Assembly (NCBI GenBank): GCA_046262615.1
Contig: JBHEML010000003.1
Location: forward strand, 16,529-80,528
DNA length: 64,000 bases
Source: Candidatus Limnocylindria bacterium
GTDB lineage: Bacteria; Chloroflexota; Limnocylindria; P2-11E
Direction: 5' to 3'
Part shown: positions 1 to 9,621 of the stretch, one piece after another
Position numbering within the stretch: position 1 is the stretch's first letter
How the letters are laid out: each line of letters opens with the position of its first letter
The notes under the pieces: model-generated
What the model saw: only the letters and a program-made list of their open reading frames with translations
Told to the model about the DNA's origin: nothing
Databases searched by the model: none
Position numbers and translations under genes: made by a program

Positions 1-1191
1 CGCGGCCGCGGGGCCGGCGATCGCGCCGAGGCGGCCGAACGCCGCCGCAGCTCCGGCGCCGGTCGCTCGGATCGAAGTTGGATACAGCTCCGGTGAGTAC
101 GTGTACATGACGCCCCACGCCCCGAGGTTGAAGAATGACAGGAGAGCGGCGTACACGAACGCGTCCGTCCCGGTCTGGGCGTTGCCGAACATGATCGCCG
201 CCGCGGCGGTCCCGAGGAGGTACGTCACCAGCGTGGGCTTGCGGCCCCACCGCTCCACGAGCCACGCGGCGCTGAAGTAGCCCGGGATCTGCGCCAGGGT
301 GGAGAGGAAGAAGAACTCGTTGCTCCGCACCTCGGAGAGGCCCCGTGCGGCGAGGAACGTCGGCAAGTAGATGAAGATGCCGTAGTACGTCAGCACGACG
401 CCGAACCAGAGCGTCCAGAGCATGATCGTGCGCCGCGCGTAGGGCGCGCTGAAGAGCTGCGCGATCTTCGCCGGGATCACCGGCGATGACGGTCGCGGGA
501 CGCGCGCGATGCTGATGAGGGGGCCGCCGCGCTCACGTTCGACGCGTCGCACAATCGCGTCCGCCTCGACCGTGCGTCCCTTGGCCGCGAGGTAGCGCGG
601 CGATTCCGGGAGCGCCCGCCGTAGGTATACGGCGTACAGCGCGGGCAGAGCGCCGATGAGGAACGCCGCGCGCCACCCGAACTGCGGCACGACGAGGACG
701 CCGACGAGCCCGGCGGCGATCGTGCCGTACGCCCAGAAGGATTCCAGCAGCACGATCATCCGGCCCCGAAGTGCTCGGGGCGACAACTCCGACACGAGCG
801 TCACCGCGACGGGGAGCTCACCGCCGAGTCCGGCGCCCGCGACGATGCGCGCGGCGAGGAGCGTCTCGAAGGTCGGCGATATCGCCGATAGCAGGCTGCC
901 CACGGCGAACAGGACGAGCGTCCACTGGAACACCGGAAGGCGTCCGTACCGGTCGGCGAGGCGTCCGGAGACGGCCGCTCCGACGAACATCCCCGCGAAC
1001 GTCGCGCTCGGCACGAGGCCGGTGCGCAGCGCGTCCAGGGCGAGGTCGCGCTGTATCGGCGCGACGACGTACGAGAGGAGAATGACGTCCATCGCGTCGA
1101 ACATCCAGCCGAGTCCGCTGGCGATGAGCAGGCGCCGATGAAAGCTGTTCAGCTTCACCGCATCGAGGCGCTCGACGAAGTCGCCGGACAT
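1..1191 (-). CDS. MFS transporter (sugar porter / metabolite:H+ symporter-like), 3' end truncated by window edge
   Basis: Minus-strand translation from ATG at 1191..1189 reads MSGDFVERLDAVKLNSFHRRLLIASGLGWMFDAMDVILLSY... with multiple TM helices and a PESPRYL sugar-transporter signature. It is absent from the ORF track because it runs off the window. Confidence 0.7.
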   Translation of the reverse strand, partial: MSGDFVERLDAVKLNSFHRRLLIASGLGWMFDAMDVILLSYVVAPIQRDLALDALRTGLVPSATFAGMFVGAAVSGRLADRYGRLPVFQWTLVLFAVGSLLSAISPTFETLLAARIVAGAGLGGELPVAVTLVSELSPRALRGRMIVLLESFWAYGTIAAGLVGVLVVPQFGWRAAFLIGALPALYAVYLRRALPESPRYLAAKGRTVEADAIVRRVERERGGPLISIARVPRPSSPVIPAKIAQLFSAPYARRTIMLWTLWFGVVLTYYGIFIYLPTFLAARGLSEVRSNEFFFLSTLAQIPGYFSAAWLVERWGRKPTLVTYLLGTAAAAIMFGNAQTGTDAFVYAALLSFFNLGAWGVMYTYSPELYPTSIRATGAGAAAAFGRLGAIAGPAAA

Positions 1192-1197
1192 CGGGGC

Positions 1198-2244
1198 CTA
1201 GAGCATGGCCTCGGCGCTGAGCAGCTCGGCGTTGAGCACGGACGCGCCGGCGGCGCCGCGGATGGTGTTGTGTCCGAGGACGACGAACTTGATGCCCAGG
1301 ACCTCATCCTCGCGCACCCTCCCGACCACCGAGGCCATGCCGCGCTCCGCGTCCCGGTCGAGCACGGGCTGCGGCCTGTCCCGCTCCTCGCGGACGACGA
1401 TCGGGTGCTCGGGAGCGGATGGGAGTCCAAGTTCCTGCGGACGCCCCCGGAACGCGCGGAGCGCCTCCTTCACGTCGTCCACCGCCGGCGATCCGGAAAG
1501 GCCGACGCTGACTGCCTCGGTGTGTCCGTCGCGAACGCTGACCCGGTTGCAGTGCGCCGAGATCGCGAACGACGCCGGCACGAAGCCCTGCCCGTCCCAC
1601 TCGCCGAGGAATTTGCGTGTCTCCTCCGCGAGCTTCTCCTCTTCCTCCCCGATGTACGGGACGACGTTGTCGAGCGCGTCGAGCGACGCGACCCCCGGAT
1701 AACCGGCCCCGGAGAGTGCCTGCATCGTCGTGACGAGGAGTCGCTCGATCCCAAAGCCGCGGTGCAGCGGTGCGAGCGCGAGCGCGAGGTGGATCGCGGA
1801 GCAGTTCCCGTTCGTCACGAGCGACCCGGACCAGCCGCGGCGCTGGCGCTGAACTTCGAGCGCGCGCGCGTGGTCGGGGTTGACCTCGGCGATGATTAGC
1901 GGAACGTCAGCGTCCATGCGGTGGGTCTTAACGTTCGAGAAGACGTGGTGCCCGGTCGCGGCAAGCGCCGCCTCGTGCTCCTCCGCGGCGGCCGACGGCA
2001 GCGCGCTGAAGCAGATCTCCGCGTCGAGGTCCGCGCTGGTCGGCTCGAGCAGCATCGACCCAACGCTGTCGGGGATGCGCTCGCCGAAGTGCCACGGCGT
2101 GGCCTCGGCGTACCGGCGTCCGGCCTTCTCAGGCGACGTCGTCAGAGAGGCGATCTGGAACCAGGGATGGTCCACGAGCAGGCTGATGAACCGCTGCCCG
2201 ACGGTGCCCGTGGCGCCGAGCACCGCGACGCGCCGCTTCCTCAT
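1198..2244 (-). CDS. asd: aspartate-semialdehyde dehydrogenase
   Basis: ORF 1198..2391 reads MRKRRVAVLGATGTVGQRF... from the internal ATG at 2244. The upstream 49 aa are Arg-rich and look like junk. Confidence 0.9.
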   Translation of the reverse strand: MRKRRVAVLGATGTVGQRFISLLVDHPWFQIASLTTSPEKAGRRYAEATPWHFGERIPDSVGSMLLEPTSADLDAEICFSALPSAAAEEHEAALAATGHHVFSNVKTHRMDADVPLIIAEVNPDHARALEVQRQRRGWSGSLVTNGNCSAIHLALALAPLHRGFGIERLLVTTMQALSGAGYPGVASLDALDNVVPYIGEEEEKLAEETRKFLGEWDGQGFVPASFAISAHCNRVSVRDGHTEAVSVGLSGSPAVDDVKEALRAFRGRPQELGLPSAPEHPIVVREERDRPQPVLDRDAERGMASVVGRVREDEVLGIKFVVLGHNTIRGAAGASVLNAELLSAEAML

Positions 2245-2271
2245 GCCGTCAGTGTCGCAGACACGACGGGC

Positions 2272-2706
2272 ATGGCGTCGTGCCGAGGCGGTGACCGCCG
2301 AAGGCAAACAAGTATCGTGAACGGCCTGAACGTGTCGTCGCAGGTCGCCTACGGGCGCCTGGTGGACAGAGTGCGGGACTGGCTCGGCCACTGGGTCGCG
2401 CCCGTGATCGCGACGCTGTTCATCGCCGCGTGGCTGCTCGGCGCGCCCGCGCTGGGCCTTCCGCGCCAGGTGGTCGACCTCCCACTAATCATCTCCCTGC
2501 TCACGCTGACGCTCGTCTTCTTCTCCAATCGCGCCGAGGCGCGCGACATGGCGGCTCTCCAGCTGAAACTCGACGAGGTGCTGACCGCGCTCGAGGAAGC
2601 CGAAGGGCACACGGTCGGTGTGGAGCGCCTCGACAAATCGGAGGTCGAGGCGCTTCGCGCGCGCCACGAGCGCGAGGGCTTCATCGACCCGCGGGCCGGC
2701 GAGTAG
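2272..2706 (+). CDS. small membrane protein, low-affinity iron permease (PF04120)-like
   Basis: The C-terminal 140 aa of ORF 1921..2706 read DWLGHWVAPVIATLFIAAWLLGAPALGLPRQVVDLPLIISLLTLTLVFFSNRAEARDMAALQLKLDEVLTALEEAEG, which matches the Iron_permease-family pattern recalled from memory. The start is ATG 2272 or GTG 2317; anything further upstream would overlap asd. Confidence 0.5.
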   Translation: MASCRGGDRRRQTSIVNGLNVSSQVAYGRLVDRVRDWLGHWVAPVIATLFIAAWLLGAPALGLPRQVVDLPLIISLLTLTLVFFSNRAEARDMAALQLKLDEVLTALEEAEGHTVGVERLDKSEVEALRARHEREGFIDPRAGE

Positions 2707-2712
2707 CGAGGC

Positions 2713-4107
2713 TCACCCGCCCGCACGGAATTGATCGTGGATCGCGCGAACGGCCCGCCCGCGGTCATCGTCGGAGACCACAAGCGAGATGTTGCGCTCG
2801 CTCGAGCCCTGCGCGATCGCGATCACGTTGACGCCGGCGATGCCGAGCGCGGCGAAGACGCGCGCGGCCACGCCCGGGGTGCCGCGCATCCCCTCCCCCA
2901 CCGCCGCCACGATCGCCACCGGCGCCTCGACGCTGACGCGCTCGACGTCGTGCCGGCCGAGCTCGCGCGCGAGGTCGCGTTCGAGCGTGGCGCGCAGCCG
3001 CTGCGCGGCGTCCCCCGGCACGACCAGACAGATCGTGTTCTCGCTGGATGACTGGCTGATCATGAGCACCGAGACGCGCTCGGCGGCGGCGGCGTCGAAC
3101 ACGCGCGCAGCGAAACCTGGAACGCCGCTCATGCCCGCGCCCTGCACCGTGATGAGGCCCAGCCCGCCGAGCGAGGTCGTGGCCTTCACGATGCTGCCGT
3201 CACGCTCGGCGTGTCCGGCGATCGTCGTGCCTGCGTCGGACGGCGCGAACGTGTTCAGGATGCGGACCGGGATGCCCGCCTCGACGGCCGGAAGGACGGC
3301 GCGAGGGTGCAGCACTTTCGCGCCGAAGTGCGACAGCTCGGCGATCTCGGCGTACGACAGCGTCGCGAGTGGCCGGGCATCGGGGACCACCCGTGGATCG
3401 GCGCTCATCACGCCACTCACGTCGGTGTAGATGCGCAGGTCATCGGCGCCGAGGGCGGCTGCGAGCAGGGCCGCTGTGTAATCCGAGGCGCCGCGGCCGA
3501 GCGTCGTCGTGACGCCCTCGCGCGTCGCGCCGTAATAGCCGCCGACGACGACCACCTCGCCGCGGCCGAGCAGCGGCGCGAGCACCTCGCGCGCGCGCGC
3601 GCGGGTCTCATCGAGGAGCGGGCTCGCCTCGCCGAACGCATCGTCCGTGACGACGACCTCGTCGCCTTCCACGGGAGCGGCGGCGATCCCGCTCGCGACG
3701 AGCGCCGCGGCGAGGATGGGTGCGGACGCCCGTTCGCCGTACGAGACGATCGCGTCGCGGGTGCGCGGCGTGCATTCGCGCAGGATCGCGACGCTGCGCA
3801 ACAGCGCGCTGGTGCGTTCCGCGAGGTCGGCCAGCTGCGCCTGGACCGCGGCCCCTGCCTCGCCGAGCGCGTCCGCCGCGAGATCCTGGTGCCGGTCCGC
3901 GATCATGCCGATCGCGCGCTGGGCGCCCATGTCGTCGCCGTCGGCCGCGAGGGAGGCGGCCTCCATGAGCGCATTCGTCGTCCCGGCGGTCGCGGACACG
4001 ACGGCAACGCGTTCTCCCCGGATGCCCCCGACGATCGCAACGACGGCGCGCACCGCGTCCGGCGAGCCCACCGAGGTACCGCCGAACTTCAGCACGGTCG
4101 TCGTCAC
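2713..4107 (-). CDS. lysC: aspartate kinase
   Basis: VTTTVLKFGGTSVGS... with ACT domains at the C-terminus. The GTG start at 4107 overlaps the hom stop as GTGA. The ORF track's upstream extension is Arg-rich junk. Confidence 0.9.
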   Translation of the reverse strand: MTTTVLKFGGTSVGSPDAVRAVVAIVGGIRGERVAVVSATAGTTNALMEAASLAADGDDMGAQRAIGMIADRHQDLAADALGEAGAAVQAQLADLAERTSALLRSVAILRECTPRTRDAIVSYGERASAPILAAALVASGIAAAPVEGDEVVVTDDAFGEASPLLDETRARAREVLAPLLGRGEVVVVGGYYGATREGVTTTLGRGASDYTAALLAAALGADDLRIYTDVSGVMSADPRVVPDARPLATLSYAEIAELSHFGAKVLHPRAVLPAVEAGIPVRILNTFAPSDAGTTIAGHAERDGSIVKATTSLGGLGLITVQGAGMSGVPGFAARVFDAAAAERVSVLMISQSSSENTICLVVPGDAAQRLRATLERDLARELGRHDVERVSVEAPVAIVAAVGEGMRGTPGVAARVFAALGIAGVNVIAIAQGSSERNISLVVSDDDRGRAVRAIHDQFRAGG

Positions 4108-5066
4108 GGCGCTGCCCGAGCGATCGCGATCACGTCCCCCAGGATCGCGCTGGCGGTCGCGTCGCCGCCGGCCCCGGCTCCCATCCACGCGAGCCGCCCG
4201 GTCAGATCCGTGTCGATCGTGACGACGCTCGTGGCGCCCATGGCCGTGCCCTCCAGCGAATCGGCGGGTACCTCTTCCGGTCCGACGCGGCCCTTCGTCG
4301 CCTTCGCGCCGAAGTCGGCCGCCGCCACGTGGCGCAGCCGCGCGCCGCGGGCCAGGGCCGACGCCGAAGACTCGGGCGTCGCGTCACGCAGGGACTCCCG
4401 GCGAATGTTCTCCGGCGGAAAGTGCCGGCCCGCGAGGATGCTGACCAGGATGGAGAGCTTGTATGCGGCGTCCCAGCCGTCCACGTCCTTGCTCGGATCC
4501 GCCTCCGCGTATCCCGCGGCCTGCGCCTCCGCGAGCGCGGCGTCGAACGTCACACCGGCATCCAGCCGCGAGCAGATGTACGCGGTCGTGCCGTTCAGGA
4601 GCCCGCGGACGCTCCGGGCGCGCGCGGCCCCAAGGCCCTGCGCCCCCGCGATCACGGGCACTCCCGCGGCGACGGCGGCTTCGTAGCGCAGCTGGCGCTT
4701 TGCGAGCCGCGCCGCTTCGTGCAGCGCGTCCCATTCGCACGCGACGAGCTCCTTGTTCGCCGTGACGACGTGCTTGCCGCGTTCGAACGCCGCGTGGTGC
4801 AGATCCGACGCCGGCTCACGGCCACCGATCGCCTCCACGATGACGTCGACCTCCGACGCGTCGAGGATCGCGAACGGGTCCTCCGTGACGGAGACGCCGC
4901 CCGCATCGCGCGGCCGCGCCGCGTCGCGCACCGCGGCCCCCACCAGCCGTACGCTCCGCCCGGCCGCCGCGTCGAGCAGGCGCGAGCGATCGCCGAATGC
5001 GCGCGCCACGGCGCTCCCGACGGTGCCGAGGCCGAGGAGCCCCACGCCGATCCCGCGCTTCGTCAC
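4104..5066 (-). CDS. hom: homoserine dehydrogenase
   Basis: VTKRGIGVGLLGLGTVGSAVARAF...VVTANKEL...GYAEADPSKDVDGWDAAYKL. The GTG start at 5066 overlaps the cinA stop as GTGA. Confidence 0.85.
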   Translation of the reverse strand: MTKRGIGVGLLGLGTVGSAVARAFGDRSRLLDAAAGRSVRLVGAAVRDAARPRDAGGVSVTEDPFAILDASEVDVIVEAIGGREPASDLHHAAFERGKHVVTANKELVACEWDALHEAARLAKRQLRYEAAVAAGVPVIAGAQGLGAARARSVRGLLNGTTAYICSRLDAGVTFDAALAEAQAAGYAEADPSKDVDGWDAAYKLSILVSILAGRHFPPENIRRESLRDATPESSASALARGARLRHVAAADFGAKATKGRVGPEEVPADSLEGTAMGATSVVTIDTDLTGRLAWMGAGAGGDATASAILGDVIAIARAAP

Positions 5067-5572
5067 GCGACGCACCGCTCGAGGAGGTCGATGGCGGCGC
5101 CGACGCTCGCGAGCCTGTTGCCCGCGCGGTCGAACTCGAAGCGGCACGCACCCACGGTCGACAGAGGGTCGCTCTCGATCGCGACGTAGACGAGCCCGAC
5201 CGGCTTGCTCGCTGTCCCGCCCCCCGGGCCGGCGATGCCGGTGATGCCAAGGCCGACCCGTGCGCCAAGCCGGTCGCGCGCGCCGCGGGCGAGGGCGGCG
5301 GCGACGACGCTCGAGACCGCGCCGTGGCCGTGGATGAGCTGGCTCGGCACGTCGGCGAAGACTGTCTTGGCGTCGTTGCTGTATACGACCGCCCCGCCCA
5401 GGTAGTGGCCGCTCGAGCCGCCGTGCTCGGAAAGCACGGCTGCGAGCAGGCCTCCGGTGCACGACTCCGCGGAGGCGACGGTGAGCCTCGCTGCGCTCAG
5501 GCGCTCCTGGATCCCGACCATGCGCGCCACGAGCTCGTCGTACGAGGGGGCGCGGCTACCGCGCCGTGCCAC
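5063..5572 (-). CDS. cinA: CinA C-terminal domain protein (nicotinamide-nucleotide amidohydrolase PncC-like)
   Basis: DELVARMVGIQERLSAARLTVASAESCTGGLLAAVLSEHGGSSGHYLGGAVVYSNDAK is the CinA_C signature. The start is uncertain: GTG 5572 or ATG 5521. Confidence 0.75.
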   Translation of the reverse strand: MARRGSRAPSYDELVARMVGIQERLSAARLTVASAESCTGGLLAAVLSEHGGSSGHYLGGAVVYSNDAKTVFADVPSQLIHGHGAVSSVVAAALARGARDRLGARVGLGITGIAGPGGGTASKPVGLVYVAIESDPLSTVGACRFEFDRAGNRLASVGAAIDLLERCVA

Positions 5573-6158
5573 GCACGTCTCCGTCGCTGCGCGCCGCGGG
5601 TCGCCAGCGCGCGGGAACGCCGTGCCCGGCCATTGCCCACGACGCCTGCCAGAGGTACGCCGCACCGGACAGCAAAGTCAGCCCCACCGCCGCAGCGAGC
5701 AGCGCGTACGCGACATCCGCCAGGACCGGCGAAGGCGCGGTGAGGAAGAGCAGGAGCGCCGCCGTGGCCAGGGACTGGATGACCGTCTTCGCCTTTCCGT
5801 ATGTGCTCGCGCCCATGCTGTAGCCACGAGCGGCGGCGACAGCCCGCACGTTCGTGACGACGAGCTCGCGGGCGACGACGAGCACGACGATCCACGACGG
5901 TACGAGGCCGCGTGCCCCGAGACCGATGAGCGTGCCGACGATCAGCAGCTTGTCGGCGAGCGGGTCGAGGAACGTGCCGAGACGGGTGACCTGCCCGAGG
6001 CGCCGCGCGATCGGTCCGTCGGCCAGGTCGGTGAGCGCCGCCAGGACGAAGAGGACCAGCGCCCACGCGGCCGCTCCGCGCTCGGGCTGGCCGAGAAGCA
6101 GCACGATCGGCGCGATCGCCGCCATGCGCAGGTAGACGAGAGCGAGCGCGATGTTCAC
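5556..6158 (-). CDS. pgsA: CDP-diacylglycerol--glycerol-3-phosphate 3-phosphatidyltransferase
   Basis: VNIALALVYLRMAAIAPIVLLL...ALTDLADGPIARRLGQVTRLGTFLDPLADKLL is the CDP-alcohol phosphatidyltransferase motif. The GTG start at 6158 overlaps the rodZ-like stop as GTGA. Confidence 0.85.
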   Translation of the reverse strand: MNIALALVYLRMAAIAPIVLLLGQPERGAAAWALVLFVLAALTDLADGPIARRLGQVTRLGTFLDPLADKLLIVGTLIGLGARGLVPSWIVVLVVARELVVTNVRAVAAARGYSMGASTYGKAKTVIQSLATAALLLFLTAPSPVLADVAYALLAAAVGLTLLSGAAYLWQASWAMAGHGVPARWRPAARSDGDVRGTAR

Positions 6159-7315
6159 GGCGTCGCGAAGATGCGCTCGATGACCTGCCCCGGATCGCCC
6201 ATGCGCCCGACCTCGATCCCGTTGTGCGTGACGTACGTCGTACCCGCGTTGCCAGTGCGCAGGATGACGCGCTTGCCGCTGAATGTGAGGACCTGGCCGT
6301 CCGGGAACACCTTGTTCGTGTTCGGCGCCTGCCGCCCGTCGACCGTCGCCAGGAGCCACGCCGCCCCGCCGCGTACGCGCACGGTGACGACCGCGGCGGT
6401 GTACGACACACCCACCGTGCGCGTCTCCTGCACCTCCGCTCCGGTCGCGGTCCGCGCGACGACGTGGACGGCCTGCTGCCCCGTCGCGAAGTTCACCGTC
6501 ATGCCGAACGTGCCGTCCGCGGCAGGCGTCACAGACGTTCCGTTCACGAGCAGGCTCGCGACGGACCGGTCGACGCGGCCCGAGACGGTCACCGGCGCGT
6601 TCGTGTACGTGCCGCCGTTCGCCGGCTGCTCGACGATCAGCTGCGGGGCCTGCTCGGCGTCGGCGACGCTCTCGAGCTGGATCGCGCGCGAGACGCGGTC
6701 CACCTTGCCCTGCGCGAGCACCTCGACTTCGACGTGGTTCGTTCCGGGGTGCAGCTGCACCGTGACGCCGAACTCGCCATCGGCGCCGGGATGGATGTCG
6801 GTGTACGTCTGGGGCCCGGGGAAGACGCGAACGGTGATGCGTGCGTCCGGCGTCGTGCGGCCCTTGATCACGTAATCCGCCGACTGCGCGACCGCGTCGG
6901 CGGGAGGCTCGGTCACCTCGATCTTCGGCAGGACGGCGAACGTGCTCAGCTGGTAGTAGAGGTAGCCCACGAACAGCGCGACCCCGGCCGCCGCGGCGAT
7001 GGGCAGCAGCAGGGACGGCCGCAGGACCACCGCGCGCCTGGCGATCGGGCGCATCGGCTCGAAGCGGCGCGGTGCCTCCGCGGCCGGCCGCTCGGATCGG
7101 TACAGACCGACGAGCCTTGCGGGCGGCAGGTCAAGGTACTCGGCGTAGTTGCTGAGAAAGCCCTTCGTGTAGACGGCTCCGGGAAGCGATTCGTAGTCGC
7201 CGTCCTCCAGCGCGCGCAGGAAACGCTCGCGGATCTTCGTGTCGTCGGCGGCCTGGTCGAGCGTGATCTTCTTGCGCTCCCGCTGGGTGCGCAGGACCTC
7301 GCCGAGGGTCGCCAT
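6155..7315 (-). CDS. RodZ-like cytoskeletal protein (XRE HTH + TM + DUF4115)
   Basis: N-terminal TLGEVLRTQRERKKITLDQAADDTKIRERFLRALEDGDYESLPGAVYTKGFLSNYAEYL is an HTH, followed by a single TM helix and a beta-rich C-terminal domain. The rodZ-pgsA-cinA order is the same as in Bacillus. The ATG start at 7315 overlaps the ftsK stop. Confidence 0.75.
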   Translation of the reverse strand: MATLGEVLRTQRERKKITLDQAADDTKIRERFLRALEDGDYESLPGAVYTKGFLSNYAEYLDLPPARLVGLYRSERPAAEAPRRFEPMRPIARRAVVLRPSLLLPIAAAAGVALFVGYLYYQLSTFAVLPKIEVTEPPADAVAQSADYVIKGRTTPDARITVRVFPGPQTYTDIHPGADGEFGVTVQLHPGTNHVEVEVLAQGKVDRVSRAIQLESVADAEQAPQLIVEQPANGGTYTNAPVTVSGRVDRSVASLLVNGTSVTPAADGTFGMTVNFATGQQAVHVVARTATGAEVQETRTVGVSYTAAVVTVRVRGGAAWLLATVDGRQAPNTNKVFPDGQVLTFSGKRVILRTGNAGTTYVTHNGIEVGRMGDPGQVIERIFATP

Positions 7316-9621
7316 CAGGCGTCGCCGTCCTCGTCGGGAGTTCGCCGCGGCGGCGGCCCTCCGTAGACCTCGCGCATCTTGCCAGGCCCCTGCGCGGGGC
7401 CGATCACGCCGTGCTGCTCCATCACGTCGATGAGCCGTCCGGCGCGCGCGAAACCGACGGTCATCTTGCGCTGCAGCATCGACACCGATGCCTGGCCCGC
7501 GCGCTTCACGATATCCACGGCCTCCTCGTAGCGGGCGTCGTCGATGTCCCCGTCGCCGCCGTCGTCACGCCATCCCCCGCCCTTGTCGGGGTCCTCGAGG
7601 ACCTCGGGATGCGGATCGAGGCCGCCCTGCGCCTTCCAGTGCGCGGTCACCGCGGCGATGTCCCGGTCGGAGACGAACACTCCTTGGGCCCGTATCGGTT
7701 TGGCCTTGTCGGGCGGGAGCACAAGCATGTCGCCTCGGCCGAGCAGCTTCTCCGCGCCTGTCATGTCGAGGATCGTGCGCGAGTCGATCGAAGAGGCGGT
7801 CGCGAAGGCGATCCGTGCCGGGATGTTCGCCTTGATGAGACCCGTGATGACATCGACGGAGGGGCGCTGCGTCCCGAGCACGAGGTGGATCCCTGTCGCT
7901 CGCGCGAGCTGCGCCACGCGGGTGATCTGCTTCTCCACCTGGATCGGCGCCTGCAGCATCAGGTCCGCGAGCTCGTCGATGATGAACACGATGTAGGGGA
8001 TCTTGTCCGGCCCGGACCTCGACTCGTTGTAGCTCGCTATGTTGCGAGCGCTCGCGCGTGCGAAGAGACGGTAGCGGCGGTCCATCTCGCCCGTCACCCA
8101 GTACAGGGCGTTCAGGATCTTGTCGTGCTCGGTCATGATCGGTACGACCAGGTGCGGGAGGCCGTTGAACCCCGTGAAGTCGACGCGCTTGAGGTCACCG
8201 ATGAGGAGCCGCACGCGATCGGGTGTCGAGTTCATCAGGAGGCTGCAGATCATCGAGGAGATGCACACGCTCTTCCCCGAGCCGGTCTGTCCCGCGACCA
8301 GTAGATGCGGCAGCTTCGCGAGGTCCAGCACGATCGGAGAACCAGCGACGTCGCGCCCGCACGCGACCGTCAGCGTGCTGGTCGCGTCGACGAAGGTCGC
8401 GGTCTCGGCGACATCGCGCAGCGAAACGAGACCGATCGCGAGATTGGGGATCTCGATGCCGACGACGCTCTTTCCGGGGACGGGAGCCTCGATCCGCAGG
8501 CTGCGCGCGGCGAGGGCCAGCGACAGGTCGTCGGACAGCGCCTCGATCCGCGACAGCTTCACGCCCGCGGCGGGTTTGAGCTCGTACCGCGTCACCACGG
8601 GGCCGACGCTCACCTCGACCACCTTCGCCACGATGTTGAAGTGGAGCAGCGTCTCCTCGATCACGCGTGTGTTGCGCATGACCTCGTCCCGACCCGATCT
8701 CGATGCCGAGCCCTCCTCCAGGAGGTCGATCGACGGCAGCGACCACGACCGGTCCGCGGTCGCGTGCAGCACGCCCTCCGCGGCGACCGCGGCCGAGGCG
8801 AGGCCCGCGGGCCCGAGCGCGGCAGGTGCGGCGGCGACAGGCAGGGCGACAGCCGTCGCTGGCACGTCGCTGCCGGCGGCCCGCGGGGCCCGCTCTTCCT
8901 GGAGGTTGATGCGCAGAGGCTGCTGGATGGCGTCTTCCGCCTCGGACTCCGCGTCGGCCCGGCGTTCGCGAGCGGCGGCCTCGCTCTTCGCCAGCCCCGC
9001 GGCCATCGCGGTCCCGGTCCCTCCGGGCAGCGTGGCGCCCGGCCGGAACACGAAACGCGGGCGGCGCAGGATGACCGCGCGCGCGAGGTCCGCAACCCAC
9101 CTGCCGAAGCCAGCAGCCCGCGACGCGAGCTCGCCGGCCGAGCGGCCGGAGGCGACGACCAGGGCGACGAGCGCGATCGCGATGAGGAGGAGCGCCGCGC
9201 CCACGTCTCCGAGCGCGGACCGCGCCGATCCGCCGACGAGCCCCCCCGCCATGCCACCCGCCGGCGAGCCGGGCTCGCTGCGCACCGCGACCTCGAGCAG
9301 GCCGAGGACCGCGACGAGCAGCACCGTGCCGGCGGCCGCGGGCGCGACCAGGCCAGGACGGAGCGACGGGAAGGCGACGGCGGCCCCGACCAGCGCCAGC
9401 CCCGGCGGCACGAGCACCGCCCCCCAGCCGAGAAGCGCGAACAAAGACGCGCGCCACCAGTGGAGCAGCGCTCCCTGATCGGCCACGAGGGCGACCGCGG
9501 ACAGCAGTGCGAACACGAGCAGCGCGATCCCCGCGATCTCGCCGTGGCCGCCGCCCTCGAGTCCAGCCCCGCGCGAGCGGGCTGGCCGGCGTACCGCCGC
9601 CCGGTCGGTGCTCTTTCTCAC
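7315..9621 (-). CDS. ftsK: DNA translocase FtsK/SpoIIIE
   Basis: N-terminal TM segments, a linker, then the motor domain GQTGSGKSVCISSMICSLL...VFIIDELADLM...GIHLVLGTQRPS and a C-terminal gamma (winged-helix) domain. There is a 4-nt overlap with rnj. Confidence 0.9.
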   Translation of the reverse strand: MRKSTDRAAVRRPARSRGAGLEGGGHGEIAGIALLVFALLSAVALVADQGALLHWWRASLFALLGWGAVLVPPGLALVGAAVAFPSLRPGLVAPAAAGTVLLVAVLGLLEVAVRSEPGSPAGGMAGGLVGGSARSALGDVGAALLLIAIALVALVVASGRSAGELASRAAGFGRWVADLARAVILRRPRFVFRPGATLPGGTGTAMAAGLAKSEAAARERRADAESEAEDAIQQPLRINLQEERAPRAAGSDVPATAVALPVAAAPAALGPAGLASAAVAAEGVLHATADRSWSLPSIDLLEEGSASRSGRDEVMRNTRVIEETLLHFNIVAKVVEVSVGPVVTRYELKPAAGVKLSRIEALSDDLSLALAARSLRIEAPVPGKSVVGIEIPNLAIGLVSLRDVAETATFVDATSTLTVACGRDVAGSPIVLDLAKLPHLLVAGQTGSGKSVCISSMICSLLMNSTPDRVRLLIGDLKRVDFTGFNGLPHLVVPIMTEHDKILNALYWVTGEMDRRYRLFARASARNIASYNESRSGPDKIPYIVFIIDELADLMLQAPIQVEKQITRVAQLARATGIHLVLGTQRPSVDVITGLIKANIPARIAFATASSIDSRTILDMTGAEKLLGRGDMLVLPPDKAKPIRAQGVFVSDRDIAAVTAHWKAQGGLDPHPEVLEDPDKGGGWRDDGGDGDIDDARYEEAVDIVKRAGQASVSMLQRKMTVGFARAGRLIDVMEQHGVIGPAQGPGKMREVYGGPPPRRTPDEDGDA

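Noticed and set aside
2349-2783. 144-aa minus-strand ORF overlapping the Iron_permease-like gene
   Set aside because: Ser/Thr/Arg-rich with no motifs. The plus-strand ORF has a convincing family match.
5457-6875. 472-aa plus-strand ORF and other long ORFs overlapping pgsA and rodZ
   Set aside because: No recognisable domains and extreme Arg/Pro/Thr bias. These are antisense to genuine genes.
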